Source: a candidate division FCPU426 bacterium | GTDB taxonomy: Bacteria > Oederibacteriota > Muellerivitia > Muellerivitales > Muellerivitaceae | Assembly (NCBI GenBank): GCA_963738405.1 | Contig: CAVTWJ010000014.1 | Span: 1 to 64,000 of the forward strand | Length of the DNA: 64,000 bases | Reading direction: 5' to 3' | In this document: positions 10,726-20,414 of the stretch, piece after piece | How the letters are laid out: each line of letters opens with the position of its first letter | Position numbering within the stretch: the stretch's first letter is position 1 | The notes under the pieces: model-generated | Seen by the model: only the letters and a program-made list of their open reading frames with translations | Databases searched by the model: none | What the model was told of the DNA's origin: nothing | Program-made: the position numbers and the translations under genes

Positions 10726-11470
10726 ATGCCCAAAAATCAAGTCAGCGACCCCATCACCGATCAGGAAATAGCCTTTGCCCACCTGGTCCTCGCTGGAACC
10801 ATGACCGACCGCCGGGCCGCCGAAGCCGTCGGTCTCAACCCCGACACCGCCGCCTACACCAAAGCCAAACCCCGTGTCCGCGCCTACATGCTCGAGCACC
10901 GGGCCGCCATGCACGAACGCCTCGTGCAGCAAGAAACTGAGGAACTGCGCCGGCTGAACCTGAGCCGCGAGCGAGTCCTGGCCCGCCTCTGGGAAATCGC
11001 CAACCTGGACCCCGAAATGACTCGAAACAGCGCTTCCGCCCAGATCAAGGCCCTCTCCATGATCGTCGCCATCGAAGGCCTGATCCCTCTGGAATACGAA
11101 CGGCCGCCGCGCCGGCTCCTCCCAGAAGAAATCCGCCCCCGCCGCCGTTCCGCAAATCGATACCGCCGCCTGGCTTCGCGAGCAGCAGGGGAAAACCACC
11201 GGCCCCCAGCCCGGCCCTGACCTTGTCCGAGACGAAGATGGGCCTGGCGTTCCCGATCCCCCGCCCGGCGCGGCGGCAGACGCGCCTTCGGACCTTGGCT
11301 CTACTCCCGGCCCAGACTTTGACTTCAGCGAATCCATCTTCGCCCGCCCCTCTAGCCCCGCGGAAGCGACCCCGTCGGCGCCTCATGCCCCCGTGTCCGC
11401 TTCTGCTCCAGACAACCGGGTCCCTTCCTCTATAGAAAAGAAACCCGATACCTGGCGCCTGAGACTCTAA
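10726..11470 (+). CDS. Hypothetical protein with terminase-small-subunit-like HTH N-terminus; probable frameshift near 11090
   Basis: MPKNQVSDPITDQEIAFAHLVLAG..AAEAVG..SRERVLARLWEIA..IKALSMI. The first frame stops at 11220; the shifted frame from ~11090 is open and Pro/Ala-rich to TAA 11468-11470. Confidence 0.55.
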
Positions 11471-11717
11471 AGGAAACGCACGCGCTGCCAATGCCCCAAA
11501 AGACCAAAAAGGATCGAATTTTATCGAACTTTACAAAAATCGACGACCCACAGAACCTTACTCGTCCAGGCCGCTGAGGGGTCTTCTCCCTCTCAAATAG
11601 CTCTTTTGCCCCCAACAAGTCTTCCTGCGACGGATCACCAGCGAGCGCCCAATGAGCTGCTCGAAACGGCAGTTCGCAAGGTATCCTCGAGGCAGATTCC
11701 CGCAGAGGAGAAGCGTG

Positions 11718-12191
11718 ATGGAATGGGAACGCTTGATTCGATTTGGGCTGTTGGGCGATGCGAATCTGGAACCATGGGCGATTTTGTTGGTGCGGGTCGC
11801 GTTAGGAGTGTTTTTCGCCATCTCCGGGGGAAATAAGCTGTTTGTCGCTAGCCGGGCGAAAGTCATGTATGAAACCTTGGCCGCGGCCAAGATCCCGTTT
11901 CCACGGCCGATGACCTATTGTGTGTCGGCGATAGAATTCGTCGGCGGTTGCATGCTGGTTGTGGGACTTCTGTCAAGCCTGGCTTGTTTTCTGTTGCTGG
12001 TCAACATGCTGGTCGCCATTCTGACCACTAAGCTTTCTGGCGACATTAAAGCGCTTACCCCGCTTAATTGGGTGGACGATTTCCTTTATTTTCCCGAAGT
12101 TCTTTACGTATTGTTTTTTGTGTGGCTGATCTGTTCCGGTCCAGGAAAATTCAGTCTGGATCACCTTATTGCGACTCGATTCGTTCCATGA
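11718..12191 (+). CDS. DoxX-family membrane protein
   Basis: LLVRVALGVFFAISGGNKL..EFVGG..GLL..GPGKFSLD; SD GAGGAG upstream. Confidence 0.9.
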   Translation: MEWERLIRFGLLGDANLEPWAILLVRVALGVFFAISGGNKLFVASRAKVMYETLAAAKIPFPRPMTYCVSAIEFVGGCMLVVGLLSSLACFLLLVNMLVAILTTKLSGDIKALTPLNWVDDFLYFPEVLYVLFFVWLICSGPGKFSLDHLIATRFVP

Positions 12192-12543
12192 GCCGGCTGA
12201 TCTCAAAGCTCTGATCGATGAGATGCCAACAGAAAAGCTGAACTCCCGGAATGGTGCTTCCTGGCTCAATACCATCCGCATGCTGGCCGGAGCCCCCGCA
12301 ACCTTGACCCCGATTTCGCTGCATTTTCCATTTTTTCTTAGTCTGGCGATCGTCAAGCGGTTCAGCGGCGTTCCCAGACTGCAGTTCGGGGCTTCCCCAA
12401 TGGCGAAGAGTGCGATTTCAAAGATTTGGAATTGACACCTCGCACTTTATTTGAGTATTTTGGTCTGACCACAACAGTCCAACTGCACGCAGCTCCGACG
12501 GGCTCAGCGAGGCTTCTCGAACAGCACTTTAAGGAAGGGTGGC

Positions 12544-12620
12544 ATGAAGAATATCCCGCAAGATCGTCGTCAATTTCTTAGCTCTCTCGGTCGGCTAGCT
12601 GCCGGAGGTATAACTCTCGG
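12544..12620 (+). other. 5' fragment of a Tat-exported protein, cut at the junction
   Basis: SD AAGGAAGGG then MKNIPQDRRQFLSSLGRLAAGGITLG (twin-arginine RRxFL); after ~12620 the ORF is simply mnmA antisense. Confidence 0.6.
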
Positions 12621-13404
12621 GGGTACCCATGCCCTTACGCTGGCCGATGGTATAGCCCGCCACACCCTCGTGTTGTCCGAGGATATTCCCGTCCACGTCC
12701 ACGATGTTGCCCGGCACGAAGGCTCGTGGCCTGTGGATCTTCACGAAATCCCGGTAGCTCTTTTGGGTCACGAAACAAATTTCCATGCTTTCGGGCTTCT
12801 CAGCGATGTTAAGCCCCAGTTCCCTGGCCTTCTCCCGCACCTGGGGCTTAGTGATTTCCCCTAAAGGAAAGAGAAGATGGGAAAGAAGCTTCTGATTGAG
12901 TTTATATAGAACGTAGCTTTGGTCTTTGTCCGGGTCGGCGGCCTTAAGGATACGCCAACGGCCCGTAGATGGGTCCTGGTCTAAGCGGGCGTAATGGCCG
13001 GTGGCCAGCTTTTCACAGCCCAGTTCAAGCGCCTGCTTGAGAAGAAGAGGAAGCTTGGCGAAGCGGTTGCATTCCACGCAGGGGTTGGGAGTTAGGCCCT
13101 GTTCGTATTCGTCCAAGAACCGATCCACGACCTTGGCGCGGAATACATCCAGCCCTTCATTAACATAATGGGGCGCGCCCAATTTCAGGGCTACGTTCCG
13201 TGCGTCCTGAATGTCCTCGACTGAGCAACAGCGTTGGCCCTTGGGCTCGACCTGCTGAACCTTCACGGCCCCGTTTTCCCCAGGCGTGATTTCGCAAGGC
13301 AATATCTTGAGGGTCAGGCCCATGACTTCATGGCCCTGCTCCTTCAAAAGTCCCAATACTGTAGAGGAATCCACTCCCCCGCTCATGGCCACGCCGATTT
13401 TCAT
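12595..13404 (-). CDS. mnmA: tRNA 2-thiouridylase MnmA, C-terminally truncated at ~12620
   Basis: VAMSGGVDSS, TPNPCVECN, ATGHYAR, KDQSYVL, ESMEICF, YTIGQRKGMG then an abrupt end at 269 aa; the C-terminal domain is missing. Confidence 0.95.
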   Translation of the reverse strand: MKIGVAMSGGVDSSTVLGLLKEQGHEVMGLTLKILPCEITPGENGAVKVQQVEPKGQRCCSVEDIQDARNVALKLGAPHYVNEGLDVFRAKVVDRFLDEYEQGLTPNPCVECNRFAKLPLLLKQALELGCEKLATGHYARLDQDPSTGRWRILKAADPDKDQSYVLYKLNQKLLSHLLFPLGEITKPQVREKARELGLNIAEKPESMEICFVTQKSYRDFVKIHRPRAFVPGNIVDVDGNILGQHEGVAGYTIGQRKGMGTPESYTSGS

Positions 13405-13934
13405 TTAACCATCTCAACTTTTTCAGGAATTGTTTCTATCTGTTTTTCGTACCATTTGTACAAAGATTTGAGTAACGAAAAGTGAGTTTTCTTATACGCC
13501 TTCTTTAACAAGGAAAAAGCTTCATTGCATTTACCCGCCTCAAACAATGAACTTATCAAGGTGTCATAAATTAATTCTAGTTGAGTAGACTTCAATTTTC
13601 TTTTCCCAACTAATTCCAGGGCTTTTCTAGCTACGGGAATTGCCCTCTTGGCATTTCCCTCGCCTAAAAGAGTATTTGCTTTCGAATCATATGCGTCGGG
13701 ATCATTAGGTTTTAATCGGATAGCTTTGTCATAAAGTTTTAAAGCTTTTTTTAAACTTCCATTCTCACTTTCAATGTCACCTAAAAGAATAATGGCCTGA
13801 TAATTTTTAGGATTGAGCAATAAAGATTTTTTCAATTCTCGGACGGCCTCTTTATTTTTACCATTTAAAAATAAATTTCCCCCTCGCCACCTACTTTCTT
13901 GGGAAAGTTGAAACTTATCGTAAGTAATAATCAT
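13401..13934 (-). CDS. AT-rich TPR-repeat protein
   Basis: TPR patterns (EAVRELKKSLLLNP, KALKLYDKAIRLKP); Lys-rich; ATGA overlaps at both ends. Confidence 0.8.
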   Translation of the reverse strand: MIITYDKFQLSQESRWRGGNLFLNGKNKEAVRELKKSLLLNPKNYQAIILLGDIESENGSLKKALKLYDKAIRLKPNDPDAYDSKANTLLGEGNAKRAIPVARKALELVGKRKLKSTQLELIYDTLISSLFEAGKCNEAFSLLKKAYKKTHFSLLKSLYKWYEKQIETIPEKVEMVK

Positions 13935-15100
13935 TTTACGATTGCCTTTAAAGCTTTAACCGCTTTCAGAATTTCCTTCTCCGTATTGTAGAACCCAAAA
14001 CTGAACCGAACCGTGCCGATGGGGTAGGTGCCGATAGTGCGGTGAGCCAAGGGTGCGCAATGGAGCCCGGAACGGGTGAGGATACCGAACCTTTCGTCCA
14101 ATTCATAGGCAACTTCGGAAGGGTCTTTCCCCTCAATGTTCAAGGAAACGACTGCCACCCTTTCCGAAGAAGCAGGCAGTCCATAGAGCTTTACGCCCTT
14201 GATCTTCGCGGCTTCCGATAGGAAGAGGTTAGTCAAAGCCTCTTCTTTCTTTCTTATCTTTTCCACGCTAGTGCGCAAAAGAAACTCCACCCCCGCCTTG
14301 AGGCCCGCCAAGCCCCAATAGTTTTGGGTGCCGCTCTCAAACTTGTCGGGCCATTGGGTAGGCTGTTCTTCCTGGTCGCTGTTGGAGCCGGTGCCTCCCT
14401 CGATGAGGGAATCCAGGTTGACCTGCTGTCCCACAATCAGCCCGCCCGTGCCGGGGGGGCCCATCAGGCCCTTGTGGCCAGTGAAGGCCAAAAAATCGAT
14501 GGGGTTGTCTTTGAGGTTGATGGATTGCACCCCCGCTGTCTGGGCCGAATCCACCAAAAAGGCCACGCCCTTCTTGCGGCAAATTTCCCCCACTTCTTTG
14601 ATGGGGCACAAGGTGCCCGTCACGTTGGAAGCATGCGCTAGGCAGACCAGGCGGGTGTTGACCTTCAAGGCCTCCCCAAAGTCGAAGGGATTGAACCGGC
14701 CTTGGCTGTTGGCCGAAACCAGGGTGTATTCAATTTCCATTTCCCGCTTGAGCTTGTTAAGGGGACGGATAAGGGCGTTGTGTTCCACCCCCGACAAAAC
14801 CACATGGTCGCCCCTTTTCAAGAAACCCTTCAGGGCCACATTGATGGCTTCGGTGACATTTTTGGTGAAAAGGATGCGCTCCATGCGGGGCGCGTTGAAG
14901 AGTTTGGAGAGGGCCAGCCGGGTGGAAAAAACAAGTTCGTTGGCCTGAATGCCCCTTTTCGTGGCGGCCCGGCCGTGGGAAACCCCCACCTCGGTGGCGT
15001 ACTGGACCAGCGCCTTTAAAACCTGGGGCGGTTTTTGGCGGCTCGTGGCCGCGGCATCGAGATAGATTTCATTGCGGGTCTTCTTTTTCTTCTTGGGCAT
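13931..15100 (-). CDS. Cysteine desulfurase-family PLP enzyme (aminotransferase class V)
   Basis: IYLDAAATS, EHNA, HASNVTG, DSAQTAG, FTGHKGL (PLP lysine), RSGLHCAP (catalytic Cys). Confidence 0.93.
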   Translation of the reverse strand: MPKKKKKTRNEIYLDAAATSRQKPPQVLKALVQYATEVGVSHGRAATKRGIQANELVFSTRLALSKLFNAPRMERILFTKNVTEAINVALKGFLKRGDHVVLSGVEHNALIRPLNKLKREMEIEYTLVSANSQGRFNPFDFGEALKVNTRLVCLAHASNVTGTLCPIKEVGEICRKKGVAFLVDSAQTAGVQSINLKDNPIDFLAFTGHKGLMGPPGTGGLIVGQQVNLDSLIEGGTGSNSDQEEQPTQWPDKFESGTQNYWGLAGLKAGVEFLLRTSVEKIRKKEEALTNLFLSEAAKIKGVKLYGLPASSERVAVVSLNIEGKDPSEVAYELDERFGILTRSGLHCAPLAHRTIGTYPIGTVRFSFGFYNTEKEILKAVKALKAIVK

Positions 15101-15178
15101 GACGGCCTTCCGTTGAGTTAGGTTCGGAAGGCAAATTCTATCACAGGGGCTGGTGAAAACTTTCCGCTAAGGCTTCAA

Positions 15179-16231
15179 CTAGTAGCTGACGGGGCCGAAA
15201 ACCTGGATATTTCCAGCCGTTCCCGAAGGCACCGTATTGGCGTCGTAATCGCCCACGTAGAAATCGCTGTTGTAAAAGAGGACCGCCGAGGGGCCTCCAA
15301 AAGCCGTGGCTCCGGTCTGGTTCCCCGTTAGTTCGGCCAGAAGTGAGCCTGTGGAGCTATAGACCTCCACCAGGCTGTTGTCGTAATCCGCCAGCACTAT
15401 GTTTCCATTCCCGTCCACGGCCAGGCTGTAGAACTGGATATCAGAAAGAAATGGGGAAGGGGGCAGTGGCAGTGCCCAAACGGTATTCACCGTAAAGACC
15501 CCGCCCGAAACGCTCAGACTCCACATGCGGTCGTTGTTGCCATCCGCCACATAAACATTGCCCGCCGAGTCCACCGCCACACCCATGGGAACCATGGGGT
15601 ATCCGTGATAATCAGTTTCCCAAACGCCTATGGGCGTACCGCTGGAACTGTATTCTTCCAAGGCCCAGTTTCCCGAGTCGGCCACATAGACATTTCCGGT
15701 CGAGTCCAAGGCAATTCCACCGGGGGTCGAGAGGGGTGTGGAACCGTAGCTTCCCCAGGAAGTCACGGGGACAAAGGTGGATGCGTTAAATTCGTAAACA
15801 GCGCCCCCGTTGTAGGGAGAATTGGGATTACCGGCGTCCAGGATATACAAATCGGATGAATTGGCCGCCGCGCCATTGGGATAAAGGAAGGTGGTTCCCG
15901 CGTAGGCGGACCATTGGGTCACCGCGCTTCCGCCCGAGGGATTAAAAACCTGGACCTGACTGACTGATTGGCCGTCCCCCTCAGCGGCAAAAACATATCC
16001 GCTAGAGTAGGCCAACCCATTGGGGCCGCTGACCGTCCAACCATTGACGTAAGCCGGGGTAGATTCCAAGGTGGGCGTGGACGTGACAGTAAGGCTTGGC
16101 GTCACGTAACGATTGGGATAGGTGCCGGAACCGTAATTGGGAGCGGTAGGAGGATAACTGTTGCAGGACCACATGAAGGTAAAGAGCGCCAAAGCCAAAC
16201 CCAGGAACAGCCAAACCCTTGATTTCATCAA
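15179..16231 (-). CDS. NHL-repeat beta-propeller lipoprotein
   Basis: Signal peptide with Cys, Thr/Pro linker, repeats PGGIALDSTGNVYVADSGN and PMGVAVDSAGNVYVADGNN. Confidence 0.85.
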   Translation of the reverse strand: MMKSRVWLFLGLALALFTFMWSCNSYPPTAPNYGSGTYPNRYVTPSLTVTSTPTLESTPAYVNGWTVSGPNGLAYSSGYVFAAEGDGQSVSQVQVFNPSGGSAVTQWSAYAGTTFLYPNGAAANSSDLYILDAGNPNSPYNGGAVYEFNASTFVPVTSWGSYGSTPLSTPGGIALDSTGNVYVADSGNWALEEYSSSGTPIGVWETDYHGYPMVPMGVAVDSAGNVYVADGNNDRMWSLSVSGGVFTVNTVWALPLPPSPFLSDIQFYSLAVDGNGNIVLADYDNSLVEVYSSTGSLLAELTGNQTGATAFGGPSAVLFYNSDFYVGDYDANTVPSGTAGNIQVFGPVSY

Positions 16232-16317
16232 TCACCTCCCGCCACGAACCCTCTTCTATTTTGACGACAGTGGAGGGAGAAAGTTTCAGGGGAAGACTAG
16301 TGTTTCAGCGTCAAAAA

Positions 16318-16710
16318 TTAATCGCGGGCGGCCTTCGGAAGATCAATGACTTTGGAAGCTTCCTCCATTTGGCAGCTCCCTTCAAACAAGGCGCCCTCTT
16401 CGATGATCAGCCTGGCCGTCGTGATATCCCCCTCAACGTGGGCGGTCTCTTGGATTTCAACCCGAAGCGAGGCGGTGATGTTGCCCTTGACCTTGCCCCC
16501 CACGAGAATGGTTTTCCCGACCAGGTTCCCTCGGATCATTCCCTTTTCCCCGACGATGATACCTTCCTCGCAAATCAGGTTCCCGTAAACTTCCCCGTCC
16601 ACATGAACGCTGTTCTTGGAGTTGTAGTTTCCCCTCAATGACGCCTCAGGGCCGATGATGGAATCCACCCTTCCCAAGCCCCTGGACTCGCCCGAACCGA
16701 ATAATCCCAT
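16318..16710 (-). CDS. Bactofilin (CcmA/DUF583 family)
   Basis: SIIGP..G..VDGEVYGN..VGEKG..GKVKGNI..VEGDI..LIIEEGALFEGSCQM beta-helix pattern. Confidence 0.93.
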   Translation of the reverse strand: MGLFGSGESRGLGRVDSIIGPEASLRGNYNSKNSVHVDGEVYGNLICEEGIIVGEKGMIRGNLVGKTILVGGKVKGNITASLRVEIQETAHVEGDITTARLIIEEGALFEGSCQMEEASKVIDLPKAARD

Positions 16711-16720
16711 TTGTTCTCTC

Positions 16721-17638
16721 CTAATCCAAATCCGGCAGATATTTTACCGGATCGACCGGCACACCGTGAATGCGCACCTCATAGTGGCAGTGGCTTCCTG
16801 TGCTGCGCCCCGTGGAACCCATGTAACCCACGATATCCCCCCTGCGGACTGACTGGCCCACTTTGATTTCAATTCGGGAACAATGGCCGTACCGGGTGCT
16901 GTAACCGTACCCATGTTCCACCACCACCACCCGCCCATAACCCATTTCCCATCCGGCGTAGGTGACGATGCCGTCTGCCGTCACGCGGATCGGGGTGCCG
17001 ATTTCGTTGGCGATATCCACCCCGTAATGCCTCCCCGGTTCCCCGGTGAGGGGGGAAGCCCTGGCGCCGAACCCTGAGGTGATCCATCCCTTGACGGGCC
17101 AGATGGAGGGCGTGGCGGCCAGGATGGACCTTTGCTTATCCAAAAAGCTGCTGATTTCCTTAAAACTAGTCTCTTGCTGGCTGGCCTTTTGGTTGTCGTC
17201 CTTAAGTGTCGTGGCGACCTTGTTCATGAGCTCGTCATTTTTCTTCTCGAGGATGGCGTCGAACTTGGCGGAATCCTCCTCGGTAGGACCGCCCAACCCC
17301 GAGTAGGAAAGAATTTGTTTCCGGTCCCCCAGTTTCAGGAGCTTGCGAAACTGGTTGTCCAACTGGGACATACGGCTGATCATTTCCCGATTGGTTTCCA
17401 TTTCTCCCAGGATCTCCTGCATGTTGGCTTTGAAATTCCGGGCCTCTATGGCCGCCAATTGGTAATTGATGTCCTTGGAAATCACATAGGCGGACCAGCC
17501 CAACACCAGGGCTACTACTGCTAGGAGCAAATGGACCATATAAAGATGGGTTTTAATTTGAATCGGTCTTCCGCCTTCGTGGGGAACGACCATCAAGGTG
17601 AGTTTCTTTTTAAGGTAGGAGTGGGAACGGTGAACCAA
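16721..17638 (-). CDS. M23-family peptidoglycan endopeptidase with TM and coiled coil
   Basis: PSIWPVKGWITSGFG, HYGVD, RYGH, GSTGRSTGSHCHYEV; start moved to TTG 17638 behind SD GAGAGG. M23-bactofilin is a known cell-shape gene pair. Confidence 0.92.
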   Translation of the reverse strand: MVHRSHSYLKKKLTLMVVPHEGGRPIQIKTHLYMVHLLLAVVALVLGWSAYVISKDINYQLAAIEARNFKANMQEILGEMETNREMISRMSQLDNQFRKLLKLGDRKQILSYSGLGGPTEEDSAKFDAILEKKNDELMNKVATTLKDDNQKASQQETSFKEISSFLDKQRSILAATPSIWPVKGWITSGFGARASPLTGEPGRHYGVDIANEIGTPIRVTADGIVTYAGWEMGYGRVVVVEHGYGYSTRYGHCSRIEIKVGQSVRRGDIVGYMGSTGRSTGSHCHYEVRIHGVPVDPVKYLPDLD

Positions 17639-17692
17639 ACTTATCCTCTCGGCAAGGTAAAAAACGTTGATAAAACGATAAAACTTGATTCC

Positions 17693-17721
17693 AAAATAGA
17701 AGCCTCTCCAAGGCCTGTCAA
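17693..17721 (-). promoter_or_regulatory. Sigma70-type promoter for the M23/bactofilin genes
   Basis: TTGACA-N17-TATTTT on the minus strand. Confidence 0.6.
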
Positions 17722-17814
17722 CGAAATAGGCCTCAAGGACGGGGTAATTGATTTCCACATTCGAGGGAAGGGGCTGTCGGATTGCAACCCACTACCCCCT
17801 GGGGGCTGGGCGGG

Positions 17815-18552
17815 TTATTCGATGCTTTGGCCATCTGTCGCCAAAAACCGCTCGATATTTTGAAAGAGAATCTGCCGGTCATAGTCCAGGGTAACGACAT
17901 GATCGGACCTTTCGAGATAAACCAAATGTTTGAGGGTAGATCCCAAAGCGCCGTGAATGAGTGTCCCATTGGAGGGAGGCACCATGGAATCCTTGCTCCC
18001 CTGGACCACCAAGGCCGGGCAGGTGATATAGGGCAGATCGTCGATAAGGTGATCCATGAGCTTCTTGAGTTCGTACAGGTTTCGGGTGGCGATATAGGGG
18101 TAAGTCACATGGGGGGAAGCCGAAGGGTCCAGGACCCCGCCTGAAAGATTCGATGTTCGCCATTGAAGAAAACGAAAAAAGGCGATGCCGTTAAAACGGA
18201 AGTCGAGAATCTTGACAGGAGCGGCCATGGAAATAACCCCTGCCACGGGAAAATGAGCCGCCAAATGAAGCGCCAAGTCCCCGCCCATGGAAAGCCCGCA
18301 TACGAAAACCTTCCCGCACCTTTCCTTCAAAAGCTCATAGGCCTCCCGCGCGTCCCGGGCCCAGTCCTGCCAAATAGTGGGGGAAAGGTCTTTGGGATTT
18401 GAGCCGTGGCCCTTCAACCAGGGCCCCAAGGTACTGATGCCTTTGGGCCCCAAATAGTCGCTGATGGGTTGAACTTCGTCCGGGGTGCCGGATAAACCAT
18501 GCAAAAGCAAAAGGCCCACCGGCCCCGCCTTGACCTCGAACCCGACCCTCAT
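17815..18552 (-). CDS. Alpha/beta-hydrolase carboxylesterase
   Basis: LLLHGLSG, GHG, GLSMGG nucleophile elbow, QGSKDSMV, SDHV; true start MRVGFE at 18552 overlaps the upstream stop. Confidence 0.9.
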   Translation of the reverse strand: MRVGFEVKAGPVGLLLLHGLSGTPDEVQPISDYLGPKGISTLGPWLKGHGSNPKDLSPTIWQDWARDAREAYELLKERCGKVFVCGLSMGGDLALHLAAHFPVAGVISMAAPVKILDFRFNGIAFFRFLQWRTSNLSGGVLDPSASPHVTYPYIATRNLYELKKLMDHLIDDLPYITCPALVVQGSKDSMVPPSNGTLIHGALGSTLKHLVYLERSDHVVTLDYDRQILFQNIERFLATDGQSIE

Positions 18553-19154
18553 TTGACGGGGGTCCCCAGCGCCCGGGAGGCGGCCTGTTCCCTTTGGATT
18601 TCGGCGAGGATCTCGTCGTCCGAGGGACGATCCATCGGATTGGCTCCCACGTACTTGTACCGAATCCTTTTTTGAGGGTCGATGATGATGACCGTGGGGT
18701 GGGCGATGGGGTGCCCGTTGTGGCCCGCTTGGTTGACGGCCCCGTAAGCCCCAATCAAGTTGAGTTTCACGTCGGAAAGAAGGGTAAAGGGAAAACGCCA
18801 CTGCTGGTCGAAATTAAGGCTTTCCTCTACCAAGTCGGTGCTGACGGCGTAAATCATGGAATGCAGTTGGAGAAACTTGGTGTAATCATCTTTTAAGTTA
18901 AAAAGCTGGGTTTGGCAGGCGGAGCACCAATAGCCCCGGTAAAGGATGATCACCAAAAAAGTATCCGGGGGAACGCTTGTTAGAGAAGTCATCTTGCCGT
19001 TGCTGTCCATGAGGGAAAAATCCGCCGCCATATCCCCCGGCATCAAACCCCCAGGCTTATTGGTGGCGGGTGCGGGCGGGGTGCAGGCAAAGTTCGTCAA
19101 AAGGAAAAAGAAAAGCAGGCTGGGGAGAAGAATAGGGTTGAAATCTTTTTTCAT
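18549..19154 (-). CDS. AhpC/TSA peroxiredoxin-like lipoprotein
   Basis: Lipobox-like FAC, AADFSL, YRGYWCSAC (CxxC), PTVIIID, DRP. Confidence 0.85.
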   Translation of the reverse strand: MKKDFNPILLPSLLFFFLLTNFACTPPAPATNKPGGLMPGDMAADFSLMDSNGKMTSLTSVPPDTFLVIILYRGYWCSACQTQLFNLKDDYTKFLQLHSMIYAVSTDLVEESLNFDQQWRFPFTLLSDVKLNLIGAYGAVNQAGHNGHPIAHPTVIIIDPQKRIRYKYVGANPMDRPSDDEILAEIQREQAASRALGTPVK

Positions 19155-19299
19155 ATATCCATGTACCCTTCAATTAAAATTCTCAAATTACCTTACCCAA
19201 GATCGTCCTAAGGCGCAACCTAGTCCCACGGGAACAGGCAGTCTGTTGACAACTTTTCAATGCCCTCCCAATAATGTCGCCTGAACGAGGAACCACCGC

Positions 19300-20034
19300 A
19301 TGCTCTTTATTAAGAAAACTCATCTAACTTTATGGCTAGGCTTAGTGTTTCTTTTTCTATCGGGAAAGGTCCTTTCGGCCAACAGCCCCCCGCCTCACGC
19401 CGATTCCCAGGGAACCATTTTCATCCACGAAAAAATATCCGATGAAAAAACTTTCGAGACGACTTTTAAGGGTCTAGCGGAAGCCTTTAAGAGAAATGGT
19501 TTTTCGGCCTATAGCCTTCATGCCGATCTGCAAGACCCCTCTTATGTCATTGTGACCCTGCAATGCTCCAACTTGAAAAACGGCCTATCCTTCCTTGAGA
19601 CGCCCGCCTATCAAAGCGCCATGAAAAGCACCGGTGTAAAAAATGCGACGGTTTGGTCGGGGGCTGATATCACTCCCCGTGTCTATGGCGATCTTCCCCC
19701 CAAGCCCGCCGGAATCGTCATCGCCCGAAACGACCTCAAATCCTACGATTATTGGAAGGCGGTTTTCGACGCCGAACATAACCCCGCCCATGGCGGCAAT
19801 AATCCTAATAAAGAAGCGGGTTATCACGAAAAAAGAGACTATAAAGCCAGCCACTACAGCATCCACCGCGGAACAGGAAAATCGGACGTGGCCTATGTGG
19901 TCCATGAGGCTTCCGATGTCTCAAAGGCTCCCGAATTCATGACCTCCGCGCCCATGAAAGCCATGAAGGGGCCTTTGGGGATCACGCATTTCACCGTTTG
20001 GTACGGGGTCAACCTTGAACAGGGTTCGTTTTAA
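19300..20034 (+). CDS. Exported protein with two repeated cyclase/DUF3764-like domains
   Basis: Signal peptide; two similar halves (YSLH..D..V..AMK..GV..TVW and YSIH..D..V..AMK..GI..TVW); TTGACA..AATAAT promoter at 19246-19275. Confidence 0.6.
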   Translation: MLFIKKTHLTLWLGLVFLFLSGKVLSANSPPPHADSQGTIFIHEKISDEKTFETTFKGLAEAFKRNGFSAYSLHADLQDPSYVIVTLQCSNLKNGLSFLETPAYQSAMKSTGVKNATVWSGADITPRVYGDLPPKPAGIVIARNDLKSYDYWKAVFDAEHNPAHGGNNPNKEAGYHEKRDYKASHYSIHRGTGKSDVAYVVHEASDVSKAPEFMTSAPMKAMKGPLGITHFTVWYGVNLEQGSF

Positions 20035-20366
20035 TGGATCCTAACGGCAATTCAGCGTCTGGAGATTTCCGAGCCATGCATGCCTTGCGAAAAAACTTTT
20101 CTTCGATTGTCAGCACGGGGCTCTTAGCCCTTTTCCTATCCGTGCTGGCGATGGAAACCTCCCATCACCACGGCCAGCTGGAGGACAACGATAACTGTTC
20201 CATGTGCGCCTGGCAGATGACAGGTTCCCACGCTGTCGCCTCTCCCACCCCGCCGGTTCTGATCCCAGTGGTGTTCGTCTCACTGCTGTTCTTTCTCACT
20301 TACCCCTTTCAGTCTTTTCAGCAAATTCAACCCCGCGGCAGGTCTCCTCCCACTCTCCCCCTTTAA
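20034..20366 (+). CDS. DUF2946-like leader protein (TM, HHH, CxxC, C-terminal RSPP)
   Basis: ..LLALFLSVLAMETSHHHG..CSMC..PRGRSPPTLPL; start at 20034 (overlaps upstream TAA) or 20076. Confidence 0.75.
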   Translation: MDPNGNSASGDFRAMHALRKNFSSIVSTGLLALFLSVLAMETSHHHGQLEDNDNCSMCAWQMTGSHAVASPTPPVLIPVVFVSLLFFLTYPFQSFQQIQPRGRSPPTLPL

Positions 20367-20414
20367 AACAGACGATCAACGGCTTTCTTCAAAGCCAAAT
20401 TTAAAGGAGGACCT

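Noticed and set aside
11973..12435. ORFs 11973-12356 (-) and 12169-12435 (+)
   Set aside because: They overlap DoxX and show no motif or clear SD; could be a remnant but unsupported.
12544..12864. 106-aa ORF as a real protein
   Set aside because: Beyond residue ~26 it is mnmA antisense, produced by the junction.
17815..18801. 328-aa version of the esterase
   Set aside because: The extension overlaps the peroxiredoxin gene out of frame; the coupled start at 18552 fits better.
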